This document shows positions 46,483 to 56,916 of a stretch of 64,000 nucleotides of DNA, in pieces; the stretch's first letter is position 1, and the number at the start of each line of letters is the position of its first letter. The stretch covers positions 64,001 to 128,000 of the IMG/VR virus record IMGVR_UViG_3300029908_000007; one strand, given 5' to 3'. The position numbers and the translations under genes were made by a program. The stretch comes from a virus. A model generated the notes under the pieces. The model was not told the DNA's origin. It saw only the letters and a list, made by a program, of their open reading frames with translations, and searched no databases.

Positions 46483-49400
46483 TTAACTTCCGATCACCGA
46501 AACCGAAACATTTGATGGATCTAGGATAAAGGTTTGTTCGGATTGCTGCACTGCGATCAGATCATCTGTAGGAGAATACAGAGGGCTCGAAATAACTACT
46601 GAAGTTACACCAGGTACGACCATACAAACCGCTACTATGGAGCCCAATGCTATGCTCTGTCCAACTTTATTGCTATTAACTAAAGCCGCTACATTACTCT
46701 GGATCTGCTGACTCACCGCACTAAATGGAGCACCTGTTTGTAATCTGACTCCAATTGCCAAACTAACTACCAATGCCAAAGGCTCTCTAATAAAAATATC
46801 AGCGCCCGCCGCAGAAATTCCAGGATATTCACTCGAATCCGTAGGATCACCGTAGATCACACGATTTGCTTGTTGAATCAGTCCAGTATTATACTTGTAG
46901 CCATCTAGTCCTTGAGAAACCGATGTTCCAAAGTTAAGTTTGTTTAAAGCCGTAACTTCTACACCAGCGCTTTGATTGATCTTCTCATATTGTAAATACG
47001 TATCAAATAAGATCTGATTCAAGTTAGTGGTACCGGGTTGTAATGCTACCAAATAGACATGCTTGTATCCTGTATATGCGGTTCCTTCTTCGATGTAGAA
47101 AGACGACAGCAATCCGTTTAGATTGATGCTATTGATTGTGTACGAGGAAAATGTAATCGTGGTATCGCCGGTGCCCGAGATCTTAGTAAGAGTTCCAGAT
47201 GACAACGGATTGCTTGTGCCGGTAGCGAGTAATGTAGTTCCGCCAGAAATAGTCGATCCCACAGTAAAAACTCCACCATTGTTGGAGTACGTGGCTCCAA
47301 CGGTAGCGTTGGCCGAACTTACCGAGAACACATAGGTAGTAGTCAATACTCCGGTTACTACTATTTCCGTGGGACTAGGAACTGAATAAACAGGATAGGT
47401 ACCAGCATTTGTGGTTCCAAACGCATTGCTGGAAATCACCAAATCATCACCGGGGATCGTGGCTTCGTATTCGTAAAACTTCAAACTACTGCCAGTCAAT
47501 ACTTGTTCTTCTTCTACGTAGTCGGTGTTCTTAATCCAAAAACTATCGTTGAATGTTCTAATAACCCTATAGGTTCCCTGATTTGGGGCACTAAATGGTG
47601 CTCCAACGATCACAGAATCGCCCTCCATGACACCGGTTGTAGCGGTGAAAGTACCCGTAGTATACGTATCGCTGGCTTCAACAGCGGCATTAGGGTTGGT
47701 TACTTGCAATACACTAGAACTTACACCAGAAACTACGAAAGTACCATTATTCGCACTATTCGTTAGACCCGATACAGTTACCAAATCTCCAATACTTAAT
47801 CCACTAAAAGTTGCTGCACCGCTTGTAATAGTATATTGACCTATTCCCGTACTTGGAACCGCAACACTTAGATTTCCGCCACCGGATTCGTTAAAATTCA
47901 CTGAGAACGTCAGATACTGTGGACTTCCCGTGCTGCCGACATAACTAAAACAAACCAAATCACCCTGCGCTTCGACTCTGAAAGTTAGTCCACTCAATCC
48001 ACTTATAATTCTAGGTGCGCCGAAGAAACGCTCACTTAAGGTTTGACCAGTTAAACTCACCGTACTCAAACCTGCAGAAGGCTGATTTGGGGTAATGGTA
48101 ACATCGGTGCCGGGTCCAAACTGTGTTTGTTTCTGTTGTGTGTTAGCTGCTTGTAGGTAAAACCATTGTCCGCTGATTACATTAGCAGATGCTATAGAAG
48201 ACGCAGAAATCGCGCAATACGTGTTGTCAATGTCTAGTCCGGAATTTATGACTGGGAATGAATAACCGTTTGCCGCACCTCCTACGATTTCAACGTAACC
48301 CTGACTTCCATAGGTTTCCGACGACACTTCGAGTTGCGAATCTCTATTTGCGGTATTAATCAAACTAGCCGTACTGATGCCACTTACTGCCAACGTGTTT
48401 ATGAATAGGTTGACTTGATCAATGGTGGTTGGAACGAAAAGCAGGGTTTCTCCGTTATTAAAAGCGTAACCTACATCGGTTGGGAGTGCTAAGGCGTTCT
48501 TCAATACAAATTGTGGAGAGCCCGATACATTACTAGAGAGCAACCAGTTGATGCCATCCAGAAGTTGGGTGCTGGCATTGGCAGTAATAATCCCTGTTCC
48601 AGGAGTGCCGCCGCTGCCATCATTTACAACGGTAGCGGATACGTAGGCGGATAGATTGGCGTTGACGTAAGCCGCAACCGCAGTTGCCGTTGTCGCAGGA
48701 GGAACGGTGATGGCGACATTAATCGTATTAGTAATAGTAACACTATTATTAAGCGCAGGTGCGCTAGGCGAATATACATAGCTAACCACGATTTCCTGAC
48801 CCGTGGCACCCCACGCCGTAGCTCTATAAAGAATCGAGCTTTGCGGCGTCGTGCTGCTCAAAGTCTTTTTGGCTTGCATCAGTACTTTATAGTTGTTGAA
48901 AGCAAAATTAGCACCGAAAGAAGTTACAAAACTTCCGGTAGGTGCGAGATCGGTGTCGTAGGCGTTAAAGTTATTAGAGTTGGGACTATAGCTGGTATTG
49001 GTAAGCGCGTGACGATAAAGCGGAATCTGGAAGGTATTGTTTACGGGATTATTGTCAATAATAGCAACTAAACTATCTTTGTTACCAAAAGAAAGCGGGG
49101 CCGACGTGAAGAATCTATCATTGGTTCTGATACGTCTAACATCGGGATCTTTGGTGATTCCAACCGTGGTACCAGAAACCGTGGTTTCCTGCACGACTTC
49201 ATTGACGGGTTGCTCGTCGTCGATACCGCCATAAGGATTTAAGAAGGTAATGATCTCATCGTCATCCCTACCAGCGAGAGTGATGTCGGAAACAAAAGAA
49301 GTAAGAAAAGTATCTGGTGGCTCCGCATAGGTGTCGCTGGCTACTTTGCTGTGAAAGAACGAAGGCAAGTAATTGCTAACGGTATCCTGATAGGCTATGA

Positions 49401-51963
49401 TGGGATAGCTGCTTTCGCTACTTTGTCCCGCAGAAAAGTTGAGATCTTGTCCGATTGCGTCAAAAGTTACAACGGTAACGTATCCATTAGTATTGAGTGT
49501 CTTTGAGGTAATGGTGAGGTATTCTTCAACGATTACGCCAAAAATGAGAGAATCCGTCTGTGCTTGTAGAAATAATACCAAAGCATCCAGTGTTTGTAAA
49601 CCCGTAGGTGTATTAAACTTCTGAGGTGCGTCTTTCATGTTAGCCACTACGAAGCCAGCTTTGTAGATGACATTGGCTTGTGGAACCACTGCGGCGGCTT
49701 CTGCAGAAGTAACTAAGATATTGAGCGTATCGTTGGTAAGCGTGGTCGTAGTTATGGAATGAACTCTGCCTTCTAATCTATTGGCGGCATTAAGTTCTGC
49801 GGACCAAATAATGACGTAATCGCCGGGTACGACATCGGAGAATGCGAACAACGTATTTGATTTGTAACTCACCAAACTGCCGCTAACCGAAACCGTCAAA
49901 AACGAACCAGCTGTGACCCCGGTATGTATAGTGGTTGCGGGTTCGTCGATGGCGATCCAAATATAACCTTCGGATGGAAATGTAATAGATGCGCCGCTGA
50001 TGACGGCACTTGTTATGACCGCTCTTGTGCTTTCAATACCGGCTTCCAAATCTTCGCCTTCAACAAGCGGTGTTGCGAGTTCAAATTGGGCGGTATTTCT
50101 ATCCAATGTATAACCAGCTGCAGCGCCTTGGGAAGTCAGACCTTCGCTTACGCTAAACATGCTCTTGGTAACCAAGGTTGAGCTTGGATTGATTACGATC
50201 TGCGCTCTAGGATTTGCTCCTAAATTGCTGGTAAGTTCGAGTTGAGAACCAGAAACCGTCGCAGTGATACCCGTTACTTTATTGTTAATTACAAGTGCCC
50301 AGGAAGCCAAAGAGTTGGTTGCATTTACGGTGTTGTAAAGCCCGGTTGCGATAAAATCTGCGTTTAAGAATGTATATGTGTTTTGAGCGGTACCGTCGAC
50401 GCCTATGATTAAAGTGTCGCCGTTGCTAATACTACTAGACCAACTACCTTGTTGTTCTGAAAATACTGAAGCCGTATTACCGTCTTCGAGGAGGAGTACT
50501 CCGTCTCTGTAAAGTCTGAGCGTTTCGTTTAGAGTAGTAGGGAAACCCATGTATAGATTGGCGTTGACAAGATTAGGCGAAGAAGGAACTGTGACTTGGA
50601 TGCTTTCGTTGGCTTCTTTGATGGCTCTGATAACAACGTAGGTGCCGCCACCAGCGGTCGTGGCTTCGAAATTAACCAGGGTATCGGCGTTGATGCTAGC
50701 GCAGATTTCATAAGCGGTAGCGGCGCCTGGAGCTTGAAAATCCGAGGTCTGGAAAGCATGTTGAGTTGTAACTCCGCCTACGGTAACCGCTAATACGTAA
50801 CCACCGTAAATAGCGAAGGGGCTGGCGTCTGTGGACTGCAAGAAGGCTTTTGCTACTGGAGCCTGGGTTCCACCGGTTGCGAGTTGAAAGAATTGTTCGC
50901 CGCCGATTGCGGAATCAATAATATGTTCGATCGCTACTCCGGCTGTCTTTGCCTCATACGGACGTCCTCCACCGGTTGAGATATAAACCGTGGAACTGCC
51001 GTCGAGATTGTTAACCAAGGAGTCCGAAGTAATTGTGCCGGCTTCCGTAGTAGAACTTACACCAATCAAGGAGTTCTTGATAGCTGTCGGAGTGCCCAAT
51101 CCTATTGAACTAAAGAAATTTTGAATCGCGGTACGGATTTCGTCGTCGGTCTCGGGATCGGTTCCACCGCTGGTGGGGACAGGATTTGAAACCGTGGCTC
51201 CAGAAAAGGGTGGGCTTGCGAATTGACTAATAGCGGCTGCGGGAACATCTCCTGCGGAACCCGGAAGCTGAGCGGTTACAGGAATATTGGAAACTGAGGT
51301 AGCACCGTCTAGAATGATGCCTTGTTGGGTAACAGTGTATTGTTGAGCTGCTACCAATCCATTAGAAGGTGCGGTTACGATAGTATTGATTGGAACCGTG
51401 CGAACCCCGCCTTGACTAAGAATAATGCTTTCATTCAGGTTGTGGAATTTGGTGGTGGGGCTTGTGAGATTGAACTGAAAGTAATTCCCAACAGCTACAA
51501 TAGAAGAATAACCAATCGGCCCCTCGCTATTGTTCGTCCCACGACCGAGATAAACGGATCCCGAAGATGGAAAACCGGTGTTAGAACTAGCGTAAATAAT
51601 TACGGAACCCGCATTTGTAGCAGCAGCCCCAGGATACACGCTGGTTGAAACCATGGTAAAACTGGTATCAGTAACTGTTACATAACCCGTGGAAACCTGT
51701 GATGGCGTTAATTCGATATTAAATTCAGCAGCCATGGCCTGCAAACTGCTCCCAGTAGCATATTGTAGGGAACTGTTAAGAATGGTTTGGAAAACATCAC
51801 CAGAAGCGCGGGAAACCGCCAAAGCCATGGTTTGAAAGAGGCTCAGACTAGCAGAACCTACGGACACGCTGGGGATCCCAGTAGCCGCTGCAAACTGATT
51901 AAGCATCGCCCCGAGGGTTTCTTGATATGACTGGGGTTGTGGAAGATTAGGTGTAGTCGCCAT
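46483..51963 (-). CDS. Large baseplate J-like (gp6) wedge protein, 1826 aa
   Basis: ATG..L, PG..G.V, GGTDPETDDEIR, GTPTAI; J-like C-terminus. Confidence 0.85.
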   Translation of the reverse strand: MATTPNLPQPQSYQETLGAMLNQFAAATGIPSVSVGSASLSLFQTMALAVSRASGDVFQTILNSSLQYATGSSLQAMAAEFNIELTPSQVSTGYVTVTDTSFTMVSTSVYPGAAATNAGSVIIYASSNTGFPSSGSVYLGRGTNNSEGPIGYSSIVAVGNYFQFNLTSPTTKFHNLNESIILSQGGVRTVPINTIVTAPSNGLVAAQQYTVTQQGIILDGATSVSNIPVTAQLPGSAGDVPAAAISQFASPPFSGATVSNPVPTSGGTDPETDDEIRTAIQNFFSSIGLGTPTAIKNSLIGVSSTTEAGTITSDSLVNNLDGSSTVYISTGGGRPYEAKTAGVAIEHIIDSAIGGEQFFQLATGGTQAPVAKAFLQSTDASPFAIYGGYVLAVTVGGVTTQHAFQTSDFQAPGAATAYEICASINADTLVNFEATTAGGGTYVVIRAIKEANESIQVTVPSSPNLVNANLYMGFPTTLNETLRLYRDGVLLLEDGNTASVFSEQQGSWSSSISNGDTLIIGVDGTAQNTYTFLNADFIATGLYNTVNATNSLASWALVINNKVTGITATVSGSQLELTSNLGANPRAQIVINPSSTLVTKSMFSVSEGLTSQGAAAGYTLDRNTAQFELATPLVEGEDLEAGIESTRAVITSAVISGASITFPSEGYIWIAIDEPATTIHTGVTAGSFLTVSVSGSLVSYKSNTLFAFSDVVPGDYVIIWSAELNAANRLEGRVHSITTTTLTNDTLNILVTSAEAAAVVPQANVIYKAGFVVANMKDAPQKFNTPTGLQTLDALVLFLQAQTDSLIFGVIVEEYLTITSKTLNTNGYVTVVTFDAIGQDLNFSAGQSSESSYPIIAYQDTVSNYLPSFFHSKVASDTYAEPPDTFLTSFVSDITLAGRDDDEIITFLNPYGGIDDEQPVNEVVQETTVSGTTVGITKDPDVRRIRTNDRFFTSAPLSFGNKDSLVAIIDNNPVNNTFQIPLYRHALTNTSYSPNSNNFNAYDTDLAPTGSFVTSFGANFAFNNYKVLMQAKKTLSSTTPQSSILYRATAWGATGQEIVVSYVYSPSAPALNNSVTITNTINVAITVPPATTATAVAAYVNANLSAYVSATVVNDGSGGTPGTGIITANASTQLLDGINWLLSSNVSGSPQFVLKNALALPTDVGYAFNNGETLLFVPTTIDQVNLFINTLAVSGISTASLINTANRDSQLEVSSETYGSQGYVEIVGGAANGYSFPVINSGLDIDNTYCAISASSIASANVISGQWFYLQAANTQQKQTQFGPGTDVTITPNQPSAGLSTVSLTGQTLSERFFGAPRIISGLSGLTFRVEAQGDLVCFSYVGSTGSPQYLTFSVNFNESGGGNLSVAVPSTGIGQYTITSGAATFSGLSIGDLVTVSGLTNSANNGTFVVSGVSSSVLQVTNPNAAVEASDTYTTGTFTATTGVMEGDSVIVGAPFSAPNQGTYRVIRTFNDSFWIKNTDYVEEEQVLTGSSLKFYEYEATIPGDDLVISSNAFGTTNAGTYPVYSVPSPTEIVVTGVLTTTYVFSVSSANATVGATYSNNGGVFTVGSTISGGTTLLATGTSNPLSSGTLTKISGTGDTTITFSSYTINSINLNGLLSSFYIEEGTAYTGYKHVYLVALQPGTTNLNQILFDTYLQYEKINQSAGVEVTALNKLNFGTSVSQGLDGYKYNTGLIQQANRVIYGDPTDSSEYPGISAAGADIFIREPLALVVSLAIGVRLQTGAPFSAVSQQIQSNVAALVNSNKVGQSIALGSIVAVCMVVPGVTSVVISSPLYSPTDDLIAVQQSEQTFILDPSNVSVSVIGS

Positions 51964-51964
51964 T

Positions 51965-52972
51965 TTATAGAATTCCCATTTCTTTTAGCTTTTTCTGATT
52001 CCAAAGTTCTGAATTGGGATACTCTGACTTAAGCCAATCCCATTTGATCTGGGCATCGGGTCTCATCCAACCCTTAATTTCTACCCAAACGTTTAAATCG
52101 GACAAATACAGATCTGGTCGATAGGTCTTGCCATCGGGCATTTTAAAAGTCTTGGGTTGCCAGTCGAAGTTGATCTGGTTAGCATTGAGATAGTCTACGG
52201 TTTTAGCTTCATATGAGCCTACGCAAACTAGCTCTTCATTGGTTTTCCAATGGAATTTGATGGAGGCTCTATTAGCGGACCTAGCAATTTTAAGCGCTAT
52301 TCCTGGATCTTGAATGGCGTACTCGAAACCATATCTAAGTAATGAAGTCTGTCTGACTTTTTCCCTTACTTCCGGAGATTTGCTGGGATGGTCAACCCCA
52401 CGATTCTTAAGATTCGTTTTCTTTTTCTTCTCTTTTACGGAATCTGCCTGAGAAAGATTTTTTACTCCGTATTTTTCTTCTATTGTTTTATTACGTTTAG
52501 TCTTAGCTTCGGCATTCTGAGAAGCGTGTTCTACTCCATATTTTTTTAAACTAATTCTTTTCTTCTTTTCTTCTTTATCACCGGGATGAGAATCACCTCT
52601 CACATAAACATGGTTCGGATAGGCAAAAAATTCTCCAATTCCCTTTTGAAAAAATCTACAGACTGTATGAGTATCCACGTAAGTACTTTCATCTACGGTC
52701 ACTAAATTCCCATGAATGCGAACGAGTCTTTCTTTAAATTCTTCTAATGTAAGAGACTGTTCTTTCGCTCTTCTTTTGATTCCTACATCGGGATGGGTTT
52801 TTCCCTGAAACACAAAGGTGGGTTTAACCCACCATTCTCTGTCGTAGTCCTTGTGAATAAATTTTGCCTTTATTTGACTTCCGCGATAGGTCTCCACACA
52901 AAGGGTAAGAGAATCCCCATGTAATTTTTTAATCTTATCTAACACCTCTTTTAATGTCATCTTCTTTGGCAT
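51965..52972 (-). CDS. PD-(D/E)xK-type homing endonuclease with KYG repeats
   Basis: KKYGV / EKYGV / RYGF repeats; YRPDLYL...WVEIKGW. Confidence 0.8.
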   Translation of the reverse strand: MPKKMTLKEVLDKIKKLHGDSLTLCVETYRGSQIKAKFIHKDYDREWWVKPTFVFQGKTHPDVGIKRRAKEQSLTLEEFKERLVRIHGNLVTVDESTYVDTHTVCRFFQKGIGEFFAYPNHVYVRGDSHPGDKEEKKKRISLKKYGVEHASQNAEAKTKRNKTIEEKYGVKNLSQADSVKEKKKKTNLKNRGVDHPSKSPEVREKVRQTSLLRYGFEYAIQDPGIALKIARSANRASIKFHWKTNEELVCVGSYEAKTVDYLNANQINFDWQPKTFKMPDGKTYRPDLYLSDLNVWVEIKGWMRPDAQIKWDWLKSEYPNSELWNQKKLKEMGIL

Positions 52973-53014
52973 ATATCCTTTTATATCACATCTTTAAAAA
53001 TTTGTTAAGTAGAT

Positions 53015-55660
53015 TCATGAAGCTAGCTCAAAACTTAATGGTAAGGTGCCGCTATTCCCTGGTAACGCTACTGCCAAGTTTATTGACAACTTTGGTGGCG
53101 CCGCTGTAATTTGAAGACTTGTTACACTTGCAAATCGTGGATCTTGAGTAACTTGTTGATTTATTTGCTGATAAAGCTGTTGAATATTCAAGTCTGCAAT
53201 ACTTGTACCAGGACTCACACCGCACCCGTAGTTGGGGTCCAATAGTGAGGTATTCAGAACAGTTGAAAACAGTATCCATAAGGCCTGGATAAGATTTGTT
53301 AATCCAAACGCGATCATACAATTTCCGTATTGGTCGAAGGCTAAATCGGAACCATTCAGCAAAATATCCACTCCCGACAATCCGGTCAACGGATCGTTCT
53401 GCGCGAGACCGGGAGGAATGATGTTTGCCTGTCCTGGGTAAGTCGGGGCTGGTAGATCGGAAGGAATAAATATCTTCTGTTGCGAATTTACCGTATTCGG
53501 TAAATATGCCTGTACGGTAGCATTATCGCTTGTAATAAAATTACCAAGATTTGGTTCGCCATTTAAGGTCAAAAGATAGCTATTGGCATTAGGCAAGGTC
53601 GTGATATTTGTAATCTGTCTTGAGACAGGTATTTGTGTAAGACTTACTAAAGTGACGGTTTGCCCAATGAACAAATTTTGATTGCTAGAAACTACTACCT
53701 GTCTTCCAATAGCGTTACTTAGCAATGGTAATAAAAAGGGAGTGTTTGAAATGTATGGCTCTTCCAAATTATTCAAAGTTGCGATTTCAATCCACCTATT
53801 TGGATCTCCGAGGTATCGTGCGGCGATTTGTTCGATGCTTGCGTTAAAAGGAACCGGTACGTAGACCTTGCTGTTGGGGATGTTAAACGGAATGCCCGAT
53901 GCATTGGCTAGGCCCGCAACATAATTCATAGAGCTGACGACGTTGAGATCGGTTACCTGCGTGGAAGCCGTGAGATAGTTGATACCACTTACGAATTCGT
54001 ATAGTGTCTCCAAAATATCGAACTCCGGAATTTGCATCGGTTGAATTCTAGAAGGAGGAGGTGTGAGATTAAACAAAGTGTTGTAAGTCGTATCTCCGGC
54101 GCCGAAATAATCTGCTAATTGAATGGCGAGATTTAAAATCATACTCTGGTTTTTTTTGAGCTGGGCTACGGTCAGCGTGGTATTTGACAATATACTGTTT
54201 AGCTTCGCCTGTTGTGCGGAATTCAGACTTAACTGATTAGTGGGTACCTGATCTAAGAGATCGACATTTGCGTTGGGATTATTAAGAACCGCTGCGGCAT
54301 TACTGGTCTGTTGTGCGTTTTGTGCGGCCACGCCTAATTGACCACCGGATACCGAAGTCTGGGTTAGCCCGTTATTCTTATTGTTGTTGGCGACCAATGC
54401 TGCGATTGCCGCCGCACCTGCTGCGGTTGTGACCGCTGCCGCTATTGCCGCAGAATTTATAGAAGCGTACTGCGCTATTGCGGAATTAAAATCCTGTGCT
54501 ATGGCTTGTGGCATATCGGAAGCCGTGGTTCCAACGCCAAGCAGATCTTTTACAAATAACGCGGTTTGACTGAGCACGCTGAACACGCCGTTAACGTCTG
54601 AGGTCACCGCACCAATCAATGCAATAGCCGAACTGCAGGTAAGCCGGGCTTCGGTGATGCTGTTTAGAATCTTCTGTAAGATACCCGGCGTGATGGTATA
54701 TGCTTGTGCTTGATTTACAGGTTGAGGAATTTCGCTGAGATCGATACGGCGCCAACCCTTGAACTGGAGTTGGTACATTATTTCCATCGGCTTGTTTACG
54801 CTTTGCTGCCAGGTAAACGCCAGCGGGGTTACAACGTAGGATTGGTTTTGTTTGGGTATGTCAAACACCAATCGCCAGCCCGCGTTTTTGGGGTTCTTCT
54901 TGGCTTCAGCGTATTGTTCCAAAAATTGTTGCAAATAAAGAGCTTGATAATAGCCCGTAGTCTCTCCACCGGCTCCGCCTGGATCCGTGGGACCGATTGT
55001 GACGGGTTTGCTATTCGGGCTATTCGTGGTGAATGTTTTAACCGTAGCAGCTGCTTGGTTGATAAGGCTAGTCGCCGCCGATAGGGTTCCACCGAATACG
55101 GATTGAATTGTGGAAGGGCTCTGAGGTGGTTTGGTCACACTTCCTCGTTGAGGCCAAACGCCCATGGTGCCAGACGCGCTGATCATTTTAAACTTAACAC
55201 CGTTGTGCTCTTCCAAAACACCTCTTAAAGTAGCCGAGGTATTGATAGCGTATTGGTCGACAATGCTAAGTTGTTGTGGAGTAATAGGTAGATTTAAAAG
55301 CCAACTATTGTTTACGGGTGTGAAAATCAGTGTAGAAGAGCCCTGTTGTTGACCTGCTACAAGCTGAACAGAGAATTGGGAGGTCGCCGTCCCTACGATT
55401 GTGTTATTCTTTGAGGTGTCAACTACAAGTAATCTATAGGGAAAAAGCTGATTCCAGCGTTCGGCTTGAATCGTTATAGGAGCATAAAATGGACTAACAG
55501 ATGGGGTCTGACCATTGGCATTCCACGGTAGAAGGCCTGGAGTTGCGGCATTGGCGGCGGTACCAGAAGATAGGCCAAAAGCTGCTAGAGCGGAGTTGCT
55601 CAGACTACTAATAGCGTCGCCTACGCCTAAATTGCCGGTGCCGTTGTCAAAAACTCCCAT
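53015..55660 (-). CDS. Baseplate protein: tube-initiator-like + LysM + gp25-like fusion
   Basis: LPITPQQLSI; SIEQIAARYLGDPNRWIEIATLNNL (LysM-like); DPNYGCG...QDPRF (gp25-like). Confidence 0.75.
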   Translation of the reverse strand: MGVFDNGTGNLGVGDAISSLSNSALAAFGLSSGTAANAATPGLLPWNANGQTPSVSPFYAPITIQAERWNQLFPYRLLVVDTSKNNTIVGTATSQFSVQLVAGQQQGSSTLIFTPVNNSWLLNLPITPQQLSIVDQYAINTSATLRGVLEEHNGVKFKMISASGTMGVWPQRGSVTKPPQSPSTIQSVFGGTLSAATSLINQAAATVKTFTTNSPNSKPVTIGPTDPGGAGGETTGYYQALYLQQFLEQYAEAKKNPKNAGWRLVFDIPKQNQSYVVTPLAFTWQQSVNKPMEIMYQLQFKGWRRIDLSEIPQPVNQAQAYTITPGILQKILNSITEARLTCSSAIALIGAVTSDVNGVFSVLSQTALFVKDLLGVGTTASDMPQAIAQDFNSAIAQYASINSAAIAAAVTTAAGAAAIAALVANNNKNNGLTQTSVSGGQLGVAAQNAQQTSNAAAVLNNPNANVDLLDQVPTNQLSLNSAQQAKLNSILSNTTLTVAQLKKNQSMILNLAIQLADYFGAGDTTYNTLFNLTPPPSRIQPMQIPEFDILETLYEFVSGINYLTASTQVTDLNVVSSMNYVAGLANASGIPFNIPNSKVYVPVPFNASIEQIAARYLGDPNRWIEIATLNNLEEPYISNTPFLLPLLSNAIGRQVVVSSNQNLFIGQTVTLVSLTQIPVSRQITNITTLPNANSYLLTLNGEPNLGNFITSDNATVQAYLPNTVNSQQKIFIPSDLPAPTYPGQANIIPPGLAQNDPLTGLSGVDILLNGSDLAFDQYGNCMIAFGLTNLIQALWILFSTVLNTSLLDPNYGCGVSPGTSIADLNIQQLYQQINQQVTQDPRFASVTSLQITAAPPKLSINLAVALPGNSGTLPLSFELAS

Positions 55661-55673
55661 TTAACCCTCAATG

Positions 55674-55714
55674 TAAAGATTGCGATTTTCGGTCTTATGA
55701 TATACTATATCATA
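55674..55714. promoter_or_regulatory. Bidirectional control region: late motif (55674-55688, -) plus 9-1-9 palindrome TATGATATA-C-TATATCATA (55696-55714)
   Basis: Directly visible between two divergent genes. Confidence 0.7.
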
Positions 55715-56289
55715 TGAGCCCTATTTTTAGAATGTTTGCCCTTGTTTTTGTTGCTGTTTTGGTTAATTTCAGTTGCCAAAGCTGTTCTTCTATTGGTATA
55801 AAACCATTCCCCGAGTATAAAGGCGTAGATCCTAGAGCTGAGAGCATTGTCAAAGAATATAAAGAATTGGCTAGAATTCAAGGAATCGTCTTTAAAAACG
55901 AGGTAACTGTTGGATTTAAAACGATAAATCGTGGAACAGTGATTGGCATTTGTACCAGAGCGCCGTTTTGGCATGAAGTGGATTTGGATCTTGATTTCTG
56001 GAATCAAGCCACACAAACATCGAGGCTGGCCCTGGTCTTGCATGAATTATCACATTGTTACTGCGAACGCGGACATGATTGGGGCAATGCACACGATTAC
56101 CCCGAAACTTCCAGCGAAAGGCTCAAAGAGATCTTGGATTCGTTGGCGGAAGGCAAAGTACCTCCTGGACGGTACGATGACAACTGTCCTCAGAGTTTGA
56201 TGTTTCCAGAAATTTTAACCGATGGTTGCGTTAAAGCTCACTATGGCGATTTTTCGAAAGAGCTATTCCAAAGATGTGTGCCATACTAA
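55714..56289 (+). CDS. Exported matrixin-like zinc metalloprotease
   Basis: Signal/lipoprotein-like N-terminus; GIC, HELSHCYCERGH, Met-turn SLMFP. Confidence 0.8.
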   Translation: MSPIFRMFALVFVAVLVNFSCQSCSSIGIKPFPEYKGVDPRAESIVKEYKELARIQGIVFKNEVTVGFKTINRGTVIGICTRAPFWHEVDLDLDFWNQATQTSRLALVLHELSHCYCERGHDWGNAHDYPETSSERLKEILDSLAEGKVPPGRYDDNCPQSLMFPEILTDGCVKAHYGDFSKELFQRCVPY

Positions 56290-56290
56290 T

Positions 56291-56659
56291 ATGCTTGACA
56301 GCGCCCAAATAAAAAATATCACGTATCTTTATACTAAGTTCATGGAAAGCGAAGAACTGGGCTGGAGTGATGTCGACGATTGTCTTGAATTGCTCCAATT
56401 TTTGGATGATTTTCAGCTTTGCAGAGAATGCGATGTTCTTTATTCGCACCACAAGTACAAAAACATGGGCTGCGAATTCGATCATAAACCTGGTTCGGTT
56501 TGTATTGTTAAAAATATTTTAGAAGCCGTGGATGCTATTTTGGAACTTTATAAAGAGACAAACAGCCTTCATGTTAAAAATCGTTACGTACTCTCGCACT
56601 ATCTAGCATTAGCCCAAGTTGGTAAGATTATAGAATTGCCAAGTTCTGAAGTTTATTGA
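56291..56659 (+). CDS. Hypothetical protein with Cys/His cluster
   Basis: ATG 1 nt after the upstream stop; CREC...HH...C..DH....C. Confidence 0.65.
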   Translation: MLDSAQIKNITYLYTKFMESEELGWSDVDDCLELLQFLDDFQLCRECDVLYSHHKYKNMGCEFDHKPGSVCIVKNILEAVDAILELYKETNSLHVKNRYVLSHYLALAQVGKIIELPSSEVY

Positions 56660-56916
56660 ACCCTGAGTGGTAGAATTTGAAGACTAGATAGGCAATTCAT
56701 GGCTGCGTTATATTGTTTTTCATTGCCTTCGTCTAGGGTGCGCAGGATATTGCTCATTAGAATGTCGTAGTACTTTTCAGCTTCCTGACGGGAGAAAGCA
56801 AAATCGCCGTCCTTCTGGTAAAAATCGCTGCCAATTTGTATAACGTAGGTATTAGCTTCGGCTCTGAAGATCTGTTCCTTGGTAATTCCTGCGAACGGTC
56901 TCTTCTTCTTGCTCAT
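56653..56916 (-). CDS. Hypothetical protein
   Basis: ATGA-coupled to the CPBP gene. Confidence 0.65.
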   Translation of the reverse strand: MSKKKRPFAGITKEQIFRAEANTYVIQIGSDFYQKDGDFAFSRQEAEKYYDILMSNILRTLDEGNEKQYNAAMNCLSSLQILPLRVQ

